This document shows, piece after piece, positions 18,372-26,090 of a stretch of DNA of 63,210 bases. The notes under the pieces were generated by a model. It had not been told where the DNA came from and did no database searches. It saw only the letters and a list, made by a program, of their open reading frames with translations. Where the stretch lies: the NCBI GenBank assembly GCA_044360285.1, contig JBIKKP010000002.1, positions 1 to 63,210 on the forward strand. The letters are read 5' to 3'. Every line of letters starts with the position of its first letter. The first letter of the stretch is position 1. Source of the DNA: Rickettsiales bacterium. Its GTDB lineage: Bacteria; Pseudomonadota; Alphaproteobacteria; Rickettsiales; UBA1997. Both the position numbers and the translations under genes were made by a program.

Positions 18372-19655
18372 TTAAAAATCTATTGTTTCAACGCGGATGA
18401 ATTTCTTGCTTAAAACCAAGCTTGGATCCACGTTTTTAAAGGCTTCAACTAAATCAGACTCTAAACATGATTTAGTCAGAAATCCGCAAAGAATTTCTTC
18501 ACCTAAATCAAAAAAAGCTGCTTTTTGCACATCGATTTTTTCACCAAAAATCTGCGTCGCTAAATCGCCGCCCTGGGATGATTTTTGGGCTAAATTTTTG
18601 TTAACTTTCAAACGCAAGAAATAGCCGCCAACCCTGTGGATAAGCGGTTCAAGTGCAAGATCAATTAAATCATCAACCTTTGCTCCAAAAAGAAAATTTT
18701 GGCGATTCATTGCAACATCAACCAAATCCGCAACCACCGCCGAGCCAGTGGTTAATCCGCCTGCTCCGCGCCCAATAAACATATTCCAGCTGGCGTTCGA
18801 CGCATTTAGAACCGCGGCGTTAAACGGTCCATCAACTTGTGCGATTTTCGAATCTTTGGCAACCAAAGCAGGATACATGCTGCATTGGTGAGTCTTGCCA
18901 AGGTTTTTGTAAATTCCCAAAAGTTTGATTTTATAGCCAAGCTCTGCAGCTAAATTTATGTCAGAAAGCGTAATTTCATCGATGCCTTCAATCTCCATTT
19001 TAGCGAATGCTGGAGCGGCGTTGCGAGCAATTGCCGCCAGCAAAGAAATTTTATGCGCCGCGTCAAAACCTTTAATATCAAGCGTTGGATCAGCTTCTGC
19101 ATAACCAAGTTTTTGCGCTTCTTTTAAAACTTCCGCAAAGTCGGCCTGCTCTTGCGCCATCTTGCTTAAAATAAAGTTGCACGTGCCGTTCAAAATTGCA
19201 TAAATATCAGAAACTTCATTCGCCGCCAAACCTTCTTTTAGCGCTTTAATTACTGGATTGGCGCCAGCAACTGAGGCCTCAAAACCAATTGAGGTTTGGT
19301 GTTTTTCGGCAAGCTTGGCAATTTCCACACCATGCTGCGCAAGCAACGCCTTATTGGCTGTGACAACTTTTTTACCATTTTTGATCGCTGCAATAACTAA
19401 GTCTTTGGCGATTTCTGTGCCGCCAATTAATTCAACAACAACTTCTACATCCGCGTCAGCAGCAAGATCCGCGGCATTTTCGTAAAATTTTATTTTCGAA
19501 TCGACGAAATCTTTTTTGCTGCGCGCAGAAACCGCAACCACTTCAAACTCTGCGCCGCAGCGCTTCGCAAGCATTTTTGAATCTTTGTGCAAAATTTCGT
19601 AAACGCCTTTGCCAACGGTTCCAAGACCGGCAATTCCAACTTTAATTTTTTTCAT
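18372..19655 (-). CDS. hom: Homoserine dehydrogenase
   Basis: 427 aa. NAD-binding 'KVGIAGLGTVGKGV', a central catalytic domain and a C-terminal ACT-like domain. Confidence 0.9.
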   Translation of the reverse strand: MKKIKVGIAGLGTVGKGVYEILHKDSKMLAKRCGAEFEVVAVSARSKKDFVDSKIKFYENAADLAADADVEVVVELIGGTEIAKDLVIAAIKNGKKVVTANKALLAQHGVEIAKLAEKHQTSIGFEASVAGANPVIKALKEGLAANEVSDIYAILNGTCNFILSKMAQEQADFAEVLKEAQKLGYAEADPTLDIKGFDAAHKISLLAAIARNAAPAFAKMEIEGIDEITLSDINLAAELGYKIKLLGIYKNLGKTHQCSMYPALVAKDSKIAQVDGPFNAAVLNASNASWNMFIGRGAGGLTTGSAVVADLVDVAMNRQNFLFGAKVDDLIDLALEPLIHRVGGYFLRLKVNKNLAQKSSQGGDLATQIFGEKIDVQKAAFFDLGEEILCGFLTKSCLESDLVEAFKNVDPSLVLSKKFIRVETIDF

Positions 19656-19771
19656 GAAGGGAATTCTAAACTAAGTAAATAAGGGCGCGGCGTTTTATTT
19701 GGGGGTTGACCTATTTTCAAGGCGTTTGTTAGCCTCGTGGCTTCGTTTCCATTTTTCTTTTTTCACAAAAA

Positions 19772-22700
19772 ATGACCAAAAAATCACACTATCCTGAGGT
19801 AAATCAAAATCTCGATTTCGCCAAAATGGAGGAAGAAATTTTACGCTTCTGGCAGCAAGAAAAAGTTTTTGAAAAGTCGGTTGCAATCAGGAATACCAGC
19901 ACTCTGGACGAAGATGAAGTTTCACCAATTATCGATCATTGCTCACTAAAAGATCACACCAGCTGCCGCCACCAAGCACCAAGCACTGAGCACCAAGCAC
20001 AAGATTTCGTCTTCTATGACGGCCCGCCTTTTGCCAATGGCCTACCGCATTACGGCCACTTACTGACTGGCTTCATCAAGGATTTGGTTGCGCGTTATCA
20101 AACGATGAAAGGCAAAAAAGTTGAGCGCCGTTTTGGTTGGGATACGCATGGTTTGCCGGTGGAAATGGAAACTGAGAAAGAATTAACCGCAAAAGAAGGT
20201 CGACAAATTTCCGGCCAAATTGCGATTCAGGAATATGGAATTGAGAAGTTCAACGCGGCATGCGAGGCGTCGGTGATGAAATATGAAAGCGAGTGGGAGC
20301 ACTACGTCACGCGCCAAGGCCGGTTTGTTGATTTTAAAGACAGCTACAAAACTAAGGATCTAAAGTTTATGGAGTCAGTGCTGTGGGCTTTCCAGCAGCT
20401 TTATGATAAGGGATTACTTTATGAGGATTTCCGCGTGGTTCCTTATTCCTGGGCTTGTCAGACGCCGCTTTCGAATTTTGAGACGCGGATGGATAATTCT
20501 TACAGGCAGAAGGCTAGTAAGGCGGTGACGGTGAAGTTTGAGTTGACGGAAGAAAGTGTAAAAAAATTGCATGAACGTGTGGGCGCGGTTGCAAACCACG
20601 CCCAGCAACTACGAGTTTCATTAGTTGCTTGGACGACCACGCCGTGGACTTTGCCGTCGAATTTGGCTCTGGCGGTGGGGAAGGAAATTGAATATGCGGT
20701 AATAAAAACCAAACCCGTCATCCTTGGCGGCAAAGCCGCCGAGGATCTCTTAAGTGAGACTGCTAAACTCACGAGATCCTCGGACGCTGGCGCGTCCAAG
20801 GATGACGGAGGGTTTTTGATTCTCGCCGCCGGATTAGTTGAAAAATTCGCGAAAGATTTAGGAGAGTTTGAAATTGTAGGAAGCTGCAAAGGTGCGGATT
20901 TAGTAGGCTTAAGCTACAAATCCCTCTTCCCTTACCTCGTCGAAAAAGCCAAAAATTCTCCAAAAGCATTTACCGTTTTGCACGGCGATTTCGTTTCAAC
21001 TGACGAAGGAACCGGCATCGTCCACATGGCGCCAGGCTTTGGTGAAGATGACCAACTTTTGTGTAAGGCTAACGGAATCCCAACTCTTTGCCCGGTTGAT
21101 GAAGGCGGGAAATTTGTTGATGCGATGTTTGATATCACCCTCACCCCAACCCTCTCCCCTCAAGGGAGAGGGCTTTCATCCGAGCTCGATTCAGCTCCCT
21201 CTCCCTTGAGGGGAGAGGGTTGGGGTGAGGGTGAAAAAGATTTAACCAATCTAGCCAAAAACCTCAGAAAAAACCAAACCGACGCTGAAGAAAAATTATG
21301 GAACATCCTTCGAAGCCGACAAATCGAGAATCTAAAATTTAGAAGGCAGCATCAAATCGGAAATTACATCGCTGATTTTATATGCCTTGAGAAGAGGCTA
21401 ATTATCGAGCTCGACGGCGGTCAGCATGGTGAGGAAAAAAACATTAAATCAGATCAGGAAAGGACTCAGTTCTTGGAAAAAGAAGGTTTCAGAGTTTTAA
21501 GATTTTGGAATAATGAGGTGCTGCAAAATGCCGAGGGAGTTTATGAAAGGGTTTTAGAGAGTGTTAATCACCCTCACCCCAACCCTCTCCCCTTAAGGGA
21601 GAGGGAGCAAATCGAGCGAGAGGTTGAACCGAGTTCTAATCTAACTCTTTCACTTAAAGGCCGCCAAGTTTTCGACACCAACGACGACATCATTCGCTAC
21701 TTAAAAGCTACAGGCGCCTGGCTCAAAACCGAACAATACCTCCACAACTACCCACACTGCTGGCGCACCGACACGCCGTTGATTTATCGCGCGGTGTCGT
21801 CTTGGTATGTCAAAGTGACAGATTTCAAAGACCGCATGGTCGAGTTAAACCAAGGAATCAACTGGATCCCAAACCACATCAAAGACGGACAATTTGGCAA
21901 ATGGTTGGAAGGTGCACGCGATTGGTCGATCACGCGCAACCGCTTCTGGGGCTGTCCGGTGCCGGTTTGGAAATCGAAATCAGGGAAGATCAAAGTCTTT
22001 GGATCAATCGCCGAACTTGAAAAAGTTTCCGGCAAAAAAATTGAAAATCTGCATCGCCCGTTCATTGACGAAATCACTTTTGTTGAAAATGGCGAAGAAT
22101 TTAAACGCGTCACCGACGTGCTAGATTGCTGGTTCGAATCGGGTTCGATGCCATACGCGCAAGTACATTATCCATTCGAAAACAAAGAATGGTTTGAGCA
22201 AAATTTCCCAGCTGATTTTATCACTGAATATGTCGCACAAACTCGCGGCTGGTTCTACACGTTGATGGTTTTATCAACCGCCCTGTTTGACCGCGCACCG
22301 TTTAAAAACGTGATTTGTCACGGAACAATTTTGGACGAAAATTCGCAGAAACTTTCTAAGCGCTTACGCAACTATGCCGATCCGCTGGAGATTTTTTCGA
22401 CGTTTGGCAGTGATGCCATGCGCTTCTACATGATTTCGCAACCTGTAATGCGTGGCCAAGAATTACGCATTGATAAAGAAGGAAAAGCAATTCGCGACAC
22501 GCTGCGTTTGTCGATCAAACCGTTGATGAATGCGTTTAATTTCTTCTGCCTTTACGCCAACGCTGACGGAATTATCGCCAAACGAATTGACGCCAAACGT
22601 GAATTTAAAAACACGCTTGATCTCTATATTTTATCCAAGCTGAAAGCTGCTGTGGAAAATATCGACAAAGCAATGAGCAGCTACGACACCGTAACGTCTT

Positions 22701-22921
22701 GCGAAGAATTTACCAAATTTTTCGAAGCGCTAAATAACTGGTATATCCGCCGCAATCGCGCACGTTTTTGGAAAGAGGAAATTGATGCAGATAAGCAAGA
22801 TGCTTACGACGTGCTCTACAGCTGCTTGCTTTCAATGTGTGAGGCGGCGGCACCGCTTTTACCTTTTACAACAGAGTTTGTGTGGAAATCACTAAAATTT
22901 GAACAACGCTTGCAATCTTAA
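19772..22921 (+). CDS. ileS: Isoleucyl-tRNA synthetase, type 2, carrying three in-frame insertions and lacking the usual C-terminal extension
   Basis: 'FYDGPPFANGLPHYGHLLTG' (HIGH region), 'WCISR-like WSITRNRFWG', and 'KLSKR' (KMSKS) at ~22349-22363. It is one uninterrupted 1049-codon ORF. Confidence 0.9.
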   Translation: MTKKSHYPEVNQNLDFAKMEEEILRFWQQEKVFEKSVAIRNTSTLDEDEVSPIIDHCSLKDHTSCRHQAPSTEHQAQDFVFYDGPPFANGLPHYGHLLTGFIKDLVARYQTMKGKKVERRFGWDTHGLPVEMETEKELTAKEGRQISGQIAIQEYGIEKFNAACEASVMKYESEWEHYVTRQGRFVDFKDSYKTKDLKFMESVLWAFQQLYDKGLLYEDFRVVPYSWACQTPLSNFETRMDNSYRQKASKAVTVKFELTEESVKKLHERVGAVANHAQQLRVSLVAWTTTPWTLPSNLALAVGKEIEYAVIKTKPVILGGKAAEDLLSETAKLTRSSDAGASKDDGGFLILAAGLVEKFAKDLGEFEIVGSCKGADLVGLSYKSLFPYLVEKAKNSPKAFTVLHGDFVSTDEGTGIVHMAPGFGEDDQLLCKANGIPTLCPVDEGGKFVDAMFDITLTPTLSPQGRGLSSELDSAPSPLRGEGWGEGEKDLTNLAKNLRKNQTDAEEKLWNILRSRQIENLKFRRQHQIGNYIADFICLEKRLIIELDGGQHGEEKNIKSDQERTQFLEKEGFRVLRFWNNEVLQNAEGVYERVLESVNHPHPNPLPLREREQIEREVEPSSNLTLSLKGRQVFDTNDDIIRYLKATGAWLKTEQYLHNYPHCWRTDTPLIYRAVSSWYVKVTDFKDRMVELNQGINWIPNHIKDGQFGKWLEGARDWSITRNRFWGCPVPVWKSKSGKIKVFGSIAELEKVSGKKIENLHRPFIDEITFVENGEEFKRVTDVLDCWFESGSMPYAQVHYPFENKEWFEQNFPADFITEYVAQTRGWFYTLMVLSTALFDRAPFKNVICHGTILDENSQKLSKRLRNYADPLEIFSTFGSDAMRFYMISQPVMRGQELRIDKEGKAIRDTLRLSIKPLMNAFNFFCLYANADGIIAKRIDAKREFKNTLDLYILSKLKAAVENIDKAMSSYDTVTSCEEFTKFFEALNNWYIRRNRARFWKEEIDADKQDAYDVLYSCLLSMCEAAAPLLPFTTEFVWKSLKFEQRLQS
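20715..20807. repeat. Family-1 palindromic element, copy D, in-frame inside ileS (93 nt = 31 codons)
   Basis: CCGTCATCCTTG GCGGCaaaGCCGCC GAGGATCTC...GAGATCCTCG GACGCtggcGCGTCC AAGGATGACG. It is translated as 'PVILGGKAAEDLLSETAKLTRSSDAGASKDD'. Confidence 0.9.
21135..21172 (+). repeat. 38-nt G/C-rich repeat 'a' (TCACCCTCACCCCAACCCTCTCCCCTCAAGGGAGAGGG), solo copy
   Basis: Exact reverse complement of 21197-21234. It differs by 1 nt from 21578-21615. Confidence 0.95.
21197..21234 (-). repeat. 38-nt repeat, inverted copy (left terminal inverted repeat of the DUF559 cassette)
   Basis: CCCTCTCCCTTGAGGGGAGAGGGTTGGGGTGAGGGTGA is the exact reverse complement of 21135-21172. Confidence 0.95.
21578..21615 (+). 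repeat. 38-nt repeat, right terminal inverted repeat of the DUF559 cassette
   Basis: TCACCCTCACCCCAACCCTCTCCCCTTAAGGGAGAGGG, with a single mismatch to copy 'a'. Confidence 0.95.
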
Positions 22922-22969
22922 ACAGCGCGGCTTGGCTGCGCTTTAATATCAACTCAATTTTTTAAATTT

Positions 22970-23230
22970 ATGGCCGAAAATAATTTTCGAAATTCAGGAA
23001 TGGCTACACCACAAGCTCTAACAAAACAGCAATCAAGTCACCGGTCAGCAGAAAGCACTTATGCCGGAGCTCTTGGTAGAGTAGCTTCAAATAGTATTTT
23101 GAAAGATATTCCAACGGGAGCATTATCAGCAACAAAAGTTGGTAAACTTGCCGGTAAATCTGTTGATCTTGACGCCCTGGGCGGAGACTCTCTTGATGCT
23201 TTAATGAACAGCGGAAAAAAAGGTAGATAA
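22970..23230 (+). CDS. Hypothetical small protein (86 aa); coding status doubtful
   Basis: ATG ORF in the same frame as ileS, 48 nt after its stop. No obvious SD. It is followed by a strong hairpin terminator, and I recognise no family. Confidence 0.3.
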   Translation: MAENNFRNSGMATPQALTKQQSSHRSAESTYAGALGRVASNSILKDIPTGALSATKVGKLAGKSVDLDALGGDSLDALMNSGKKGR

Positions 23231-23234
23231 AAAA

Positions 23235-23272
23235 AGCCGGACCCGAGTTTAAAACTCTGGTCCGGCTTTTTT
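23235..23272. terminator. Bidirectional rho-independent terminator between the small ORF/ileS (+) and asd (-)
   Basis: AGCCGGACC-loop-GGTCCGGCT stem, flanked by an A-run upstream and a T-run downstream. Confidence 0.7.
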
Positions 23273-23286
23273 ATGCGTTAAGCCAA

Positions 23287-24303
23287 CTATTTAAAGCCAA
23301 ACTTCTTCACCAAAACTTCCGCAATCTGCACGGCATTTAGCGCCGCACCTTTACGCAGATTGTCTGCAACAACCCACAGCGAAAGTCCGTTTGCAACTGA
23401 AGTATCTTTGCGCAAACGCGAAACATAAACCGCGTCAGTGGTTGAAACCTCGGCTGGCGTGATGAAATGCATATCTTGCGGTCGATCAATCACCAACACA
23501 CCTTCCGCTTTTTCCAGCGCCGCCCTAGCCTGCGCCACGCTGATTGGTCTTTCGAACTCAACATTAATCGCTTCCGAGTGGCAATTAAAAACCGGAACAC
23601 GCACGCAAGTTGCTTCCACTTCAATTTTTGAATCGAGAATTTTTTTGGTCTCAACTTTCATTTTCCATTCTTCTTTGGTGACGCCATCATCCATGAAAGA
23701 ATCAATTTGTGGAATGACGTTGAAGGCAATTCTTTTGCTGAATTTTTTTGGCTCAACCGAACCATTGGCGTAGATCTTTTTAGTTTGTTCGTAAAGTTCA
23801 TCCATCGCCTCTTTACCCGCGCCAGACGTGGCTTGGTAAGTTGCAACAACGATACGTTTAATTGTCGCCAAATCGTGCAAAGGTTTTAACGCAACCAGCA
23901 TTTGAATTGTTGAGCAATTTGGATTGGCAATGATGCCGCGTTTTTTGTAATCAGCGATTGCTTGCGGATTAACTTCTGGAACGACAAGCGGAACATCTTC
24001 ATCCATGCGAAAATGCGAAGTATTGTCGATCACCACGCAACCAGCTGCAGCAGCTCTTGGCGCGTGAATTGCCGAAACTTTTCCACCCGGTGAAAACAAA
24101 CCAATTTTTGTGCCAGCAAAATCAAAATCTTCTAAGGCTTGCACAGTTAATTGCTTGTCACCGTAAGAAACTTTGCTGCCAACTGAATTGCGTGAAGCAA
24201 GTGCAACAACTTCGGTTGCTGGAAATTTGCGCTCAACCAAGATGTTTAAAATTTCACGGCCAACATTACCAGTTGCGCCGGCGACGGCAATTTTAAGAGA
24301 CAT
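23287..24303 (-). CDS. asd: Aspartate-semialdehyde dehydrogenase
   Basis: 338 aa. 'IAVAGATGNVGRE' and the active-site motif 'NPNCSTI'. Confidence 0.93.
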   Translation of the reverse strand: MSLKIAVAGATGNVGREILNILVERKFPATEVVALASRNSVGSKVSYGDKQLTVQALEDFDFAGTKIGLFSPGGKVSAIHAPRAAAAGCVVIDNTSHFRMDEDVPLVVPEVNPQAIADYKKRGIIANPNCSTIQMLVALKPLHDLATIKRIVVATYQATSGAGKEAMDELYEQTKKIYANGSVEPKKFSKRIAFNVIPQIDSFMDDGVTKEEWKMKVETKKILDSKIEVEATCVRVPVFNCHSEAINVEFERPISVAQARAALEKAEGVLVIDRPQDMHFITPAEVSTTDAVYVSRLRKDTSVANGLSLWVVADNLRKGAALNAVQIAEVLVKKFGFK

Positions 24304-24345
24304 AAATTTGAAATTATTTTTAACATTTGCGATACTGCCCTTCCG

Positions 24346-24441
24346 CCGTCATCCTTGAAGCCGCAGGCTTCGAGGATCTTGTGAGTTTAACGACGAACAA
24401 AATGAGATCCTTGAATTTACTTCGTAAATTCAAGGATGACG
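24346..24441. repeat. Family-1 palindromic element, copy E (more diverged)
   Basis: CCGTCATCCTTG AAGCCgcaGGCTT CGAGGATCTTG...GAGATCCTTG AATTTACttcGTAAATT CAAGGATGACG. Confidence 0.85.
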
Positions 24442-24486
24442 ATTAAAAAATTGAGCAGAGCCACCTTCATAAAGTAAAAAATTAAA

Positions 24487-25656
24487 ATGAAAAAAATTTT
24501 TATTATCGCCGGCGAAGCTTCTGGCGACTTACTTGGCAGCAAATTGATCAATGAGCTGAAAAATGAACTAGCGCAGAAAAATGGTTCTGCGACCTTCATT
24601 GGCGTTGGCGGCAAGCTGATGTGTGAACAAGGTTTTTCGTCAATTTTTCCAATGGAAGAATTGTCAGTGATGGGATTTTTGGAAGTTGTTCCGCATTTAA
24701 AAAAACTGCTTTCGCTCATCAATCAAACTGCGCAAAAAATCATCGACGAACAGCCTGATTACGTGGTTACAATCGATTCACCAGATTTCTGTTTTCGCGT
24801 GGTAAAACGCATTCGAAAACTTGCGCCAAACCTCAAAACAAAATTCACTCACCTAATTGCGCCGTCAGTGTGGGCGTACCGCGAGGGCCGCGCTGAGAAA
24901 ATTTCTAAGTTGTATGATTTGCTTTTAGCGATTCTGCCTTTCGAGCCGCCATACTTTGAAAAATATGGGCTCAAGACAGTTTTTATCGGTCATCCAATTA
25001 CTGAAAACGCGCCGGATTTTTCGAAAAAAAGTGAAGAGAATTTGGCGCTTAGAAAAAAATTCGGCATCAAAAATGATGATATCGTAATCTGCCTGACACC
25101 AGGCAGCAGAAGCTCTGAGGTCAAAAAGATTTTTCCAGAATTTATCGGCGCAATCAACTTACTTCGCGAAAAAATTCCGAATTTAAAAGTGCTAATTCCT
25201 TTGGTTGAAAAAACCAAAGAGCTGGTTTTGGAAATGGCGCCTGAGTTAAAAGTTGAGTTTTTTTTCGTTGAAAATGGGCAGAAAAAATCAGCATTTTTTG
25301 CCAGCGATTTTGCGCTGGCGAAATCGGGCACAAACACCCTTGAGTTCTCGCTCTACAAGATTCCGCTCGTCATCGCTTATAAGATAAATTTCCTCACTCA
25401 TTTCATCGTCAAAAGGATGGTGAAAATCACTTTCGCCAGTTTGATAAATTTGATTTTGGACGCGGAAGTAATTCCAGAAATGCTGCAGAAAAATTGCACA
25501 GCACCAAAGCTTGCAGCAGCTTTAGAAAATCTAATTTCCAATAAAAACCTCGCCGAAAAACAAGTGGCACAAAGCCAACAAGCGCTTGTGATGATGGGCC
25601 TTAACAGCGCCGAAATTCCAAGCAAAAAAGCCGCAAAAGAAATTTTAAGTTTATGA
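24487..25656 (+). CDS. lpxB: Lipid-A-disaccharide synthase
   Basis: 389 aa. The N-terminus 'IFIIAGEASGDLLGSKLI' is typical of LpxB. Confidence 0.9.
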   Translation: MKKIFIIAGEASGDLLGSKLINELKNELAQKNGSATFIGVGGKLMCEQGFSSIFPMEELSVMGFLEVVPHLKKLLSLINQTAQKIIDEQPDYVVTIDSPDFCFRVVKRIRKLAPNLKTKFTHLIAPSVWAYREGRAEKISKLYDLLLAILPFEPPYFEKYGLKTVFIGHPITENAPDFSKKSEENLALRKKFGIKNDDIVICLTPGSRSSEVKKIFPEFIGAINLLREKIPNLKVLIPLVEKTKELVLEMAPELKVEFFFVENGQKKSAFFASDFALAKSGTNTLEFSLYKIPLVIAYKINFLTHFIVKRMVKITFASLINLILDAEVIPEMLQKNCTAPKLAAALENLISNKNLAEKQVAQSQQALVMMGLNSAEIPSKKAAKEILSL

Positions 25657-26090
25657 GAATAAATCTATCAACCTATACAAGAGGACCAAAATTAACGATT
25701 TACAAAAACCTACGGAATGTTGTTGAAACAGCAAATACAAAAGATCTTCTCGACTGTCTCATAAGCCTAAGAGGATTTGAAATTAAAGTTGATGGCTTTG
25801 ACGATGGCAAAAACCAAGAAATAACCCCAACCGCAATGCAATTAGCTTGTGAGCTCTATAAAAGAGAAGGCGAAGCAGAAAAAAAGAAGCGTCTTCATGA
25901 CGTGATAAGCGCTCTTTACGACTTCGGCGCCGACATAAATTTTACCGGAGGTAGCTTTGAAACTCCGGCGCAAGTTGCAGCATCGCGTCCAGAAATTGCT
26001 AAAATCTTTTCTAGACCTCGCAGCCTGATAACGGGGACAGGCCTAGAAATGGCAGCACCAAAAAAAGATCGAGGATGCACAATTTTATAA
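25653..26090 (+). CDS. Hypothetical protein with a degenerate ankyrin-like repeat and a C-terminal CaaX-type box (CTIL)
   Basis: 145 aa. The start ATGA overlaps the lpxB stop. 'ALYDFGADINFTGGSFETPAQVAA' is ankyrin-like. The protein ends '...PKKDRGCTIL*'. Confidence 0.55.
   Translation: MRINLSTYTRGPKLTIYKNLRNVVETANTKDLLDCLISLRGFEIKVDGFDDGKNQEITPTAMQLACELYKREGEAEKKKRLHDVISALYDFGADINFTGGSFETPAQVAASRPEIAKIFSRPRSLITGTGLEMAAPKKDRGCTIL

Larger units (their letters stand above)
21135..21615 (+). mobile_element. DUF559 (Vsr-like endonuclease domain) cassette with 38-nt terminal inverted repeats, embedded in-frame in ileS
   Basis: The encoded 'LRKNQTDAEEKLWNILRSRQIENLKFRRQHQIGNYIADFICLEKRLIIELDGGQH...FRVLRFWNNEVLQNAEGV' is a textbook DUF559 sequence. 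It is flanked by inverted 38-mers and has no in-frame start codon of its own. Confidence 0.8.

Noticed and set aside
21135-21660. The possibility that the ileS insert is an intein with a homing endonuclease.
   Set aside because: No intein splicing signatures are present. There is no Cys/Ser/Thr at the N-junction after 'FDI', no His-Asn followed by Cys/Ser/Thr at the C-junction, and no Hint blocks. The domain is DUF559/Vsr-like and bounded by DNA inverted repeats, which fits a DNA-level insertion.
19772-22921. The possibility that ileS is a pseudogene because of its three insertions.
   Set aside because: The 1049-codon frame is uninterrupted and every insert is a multiple of three. The HIGH, editing-region and KMSKS motifs are intact. 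I therefore kept it as a CDS and flagged the anomalies as findings.
22970-23230. The small in-frame ORF after ileS as the missing IleRS C-terminal domain, reached by stop-codon readthrough.
   Set aside because: Its sequence ('MAENNFRNSGMATPQALTKQQSS...') is low-complexity and shows no resemblance to IleRS C-terminal or Zn-binding regions, including no Cys clusters.
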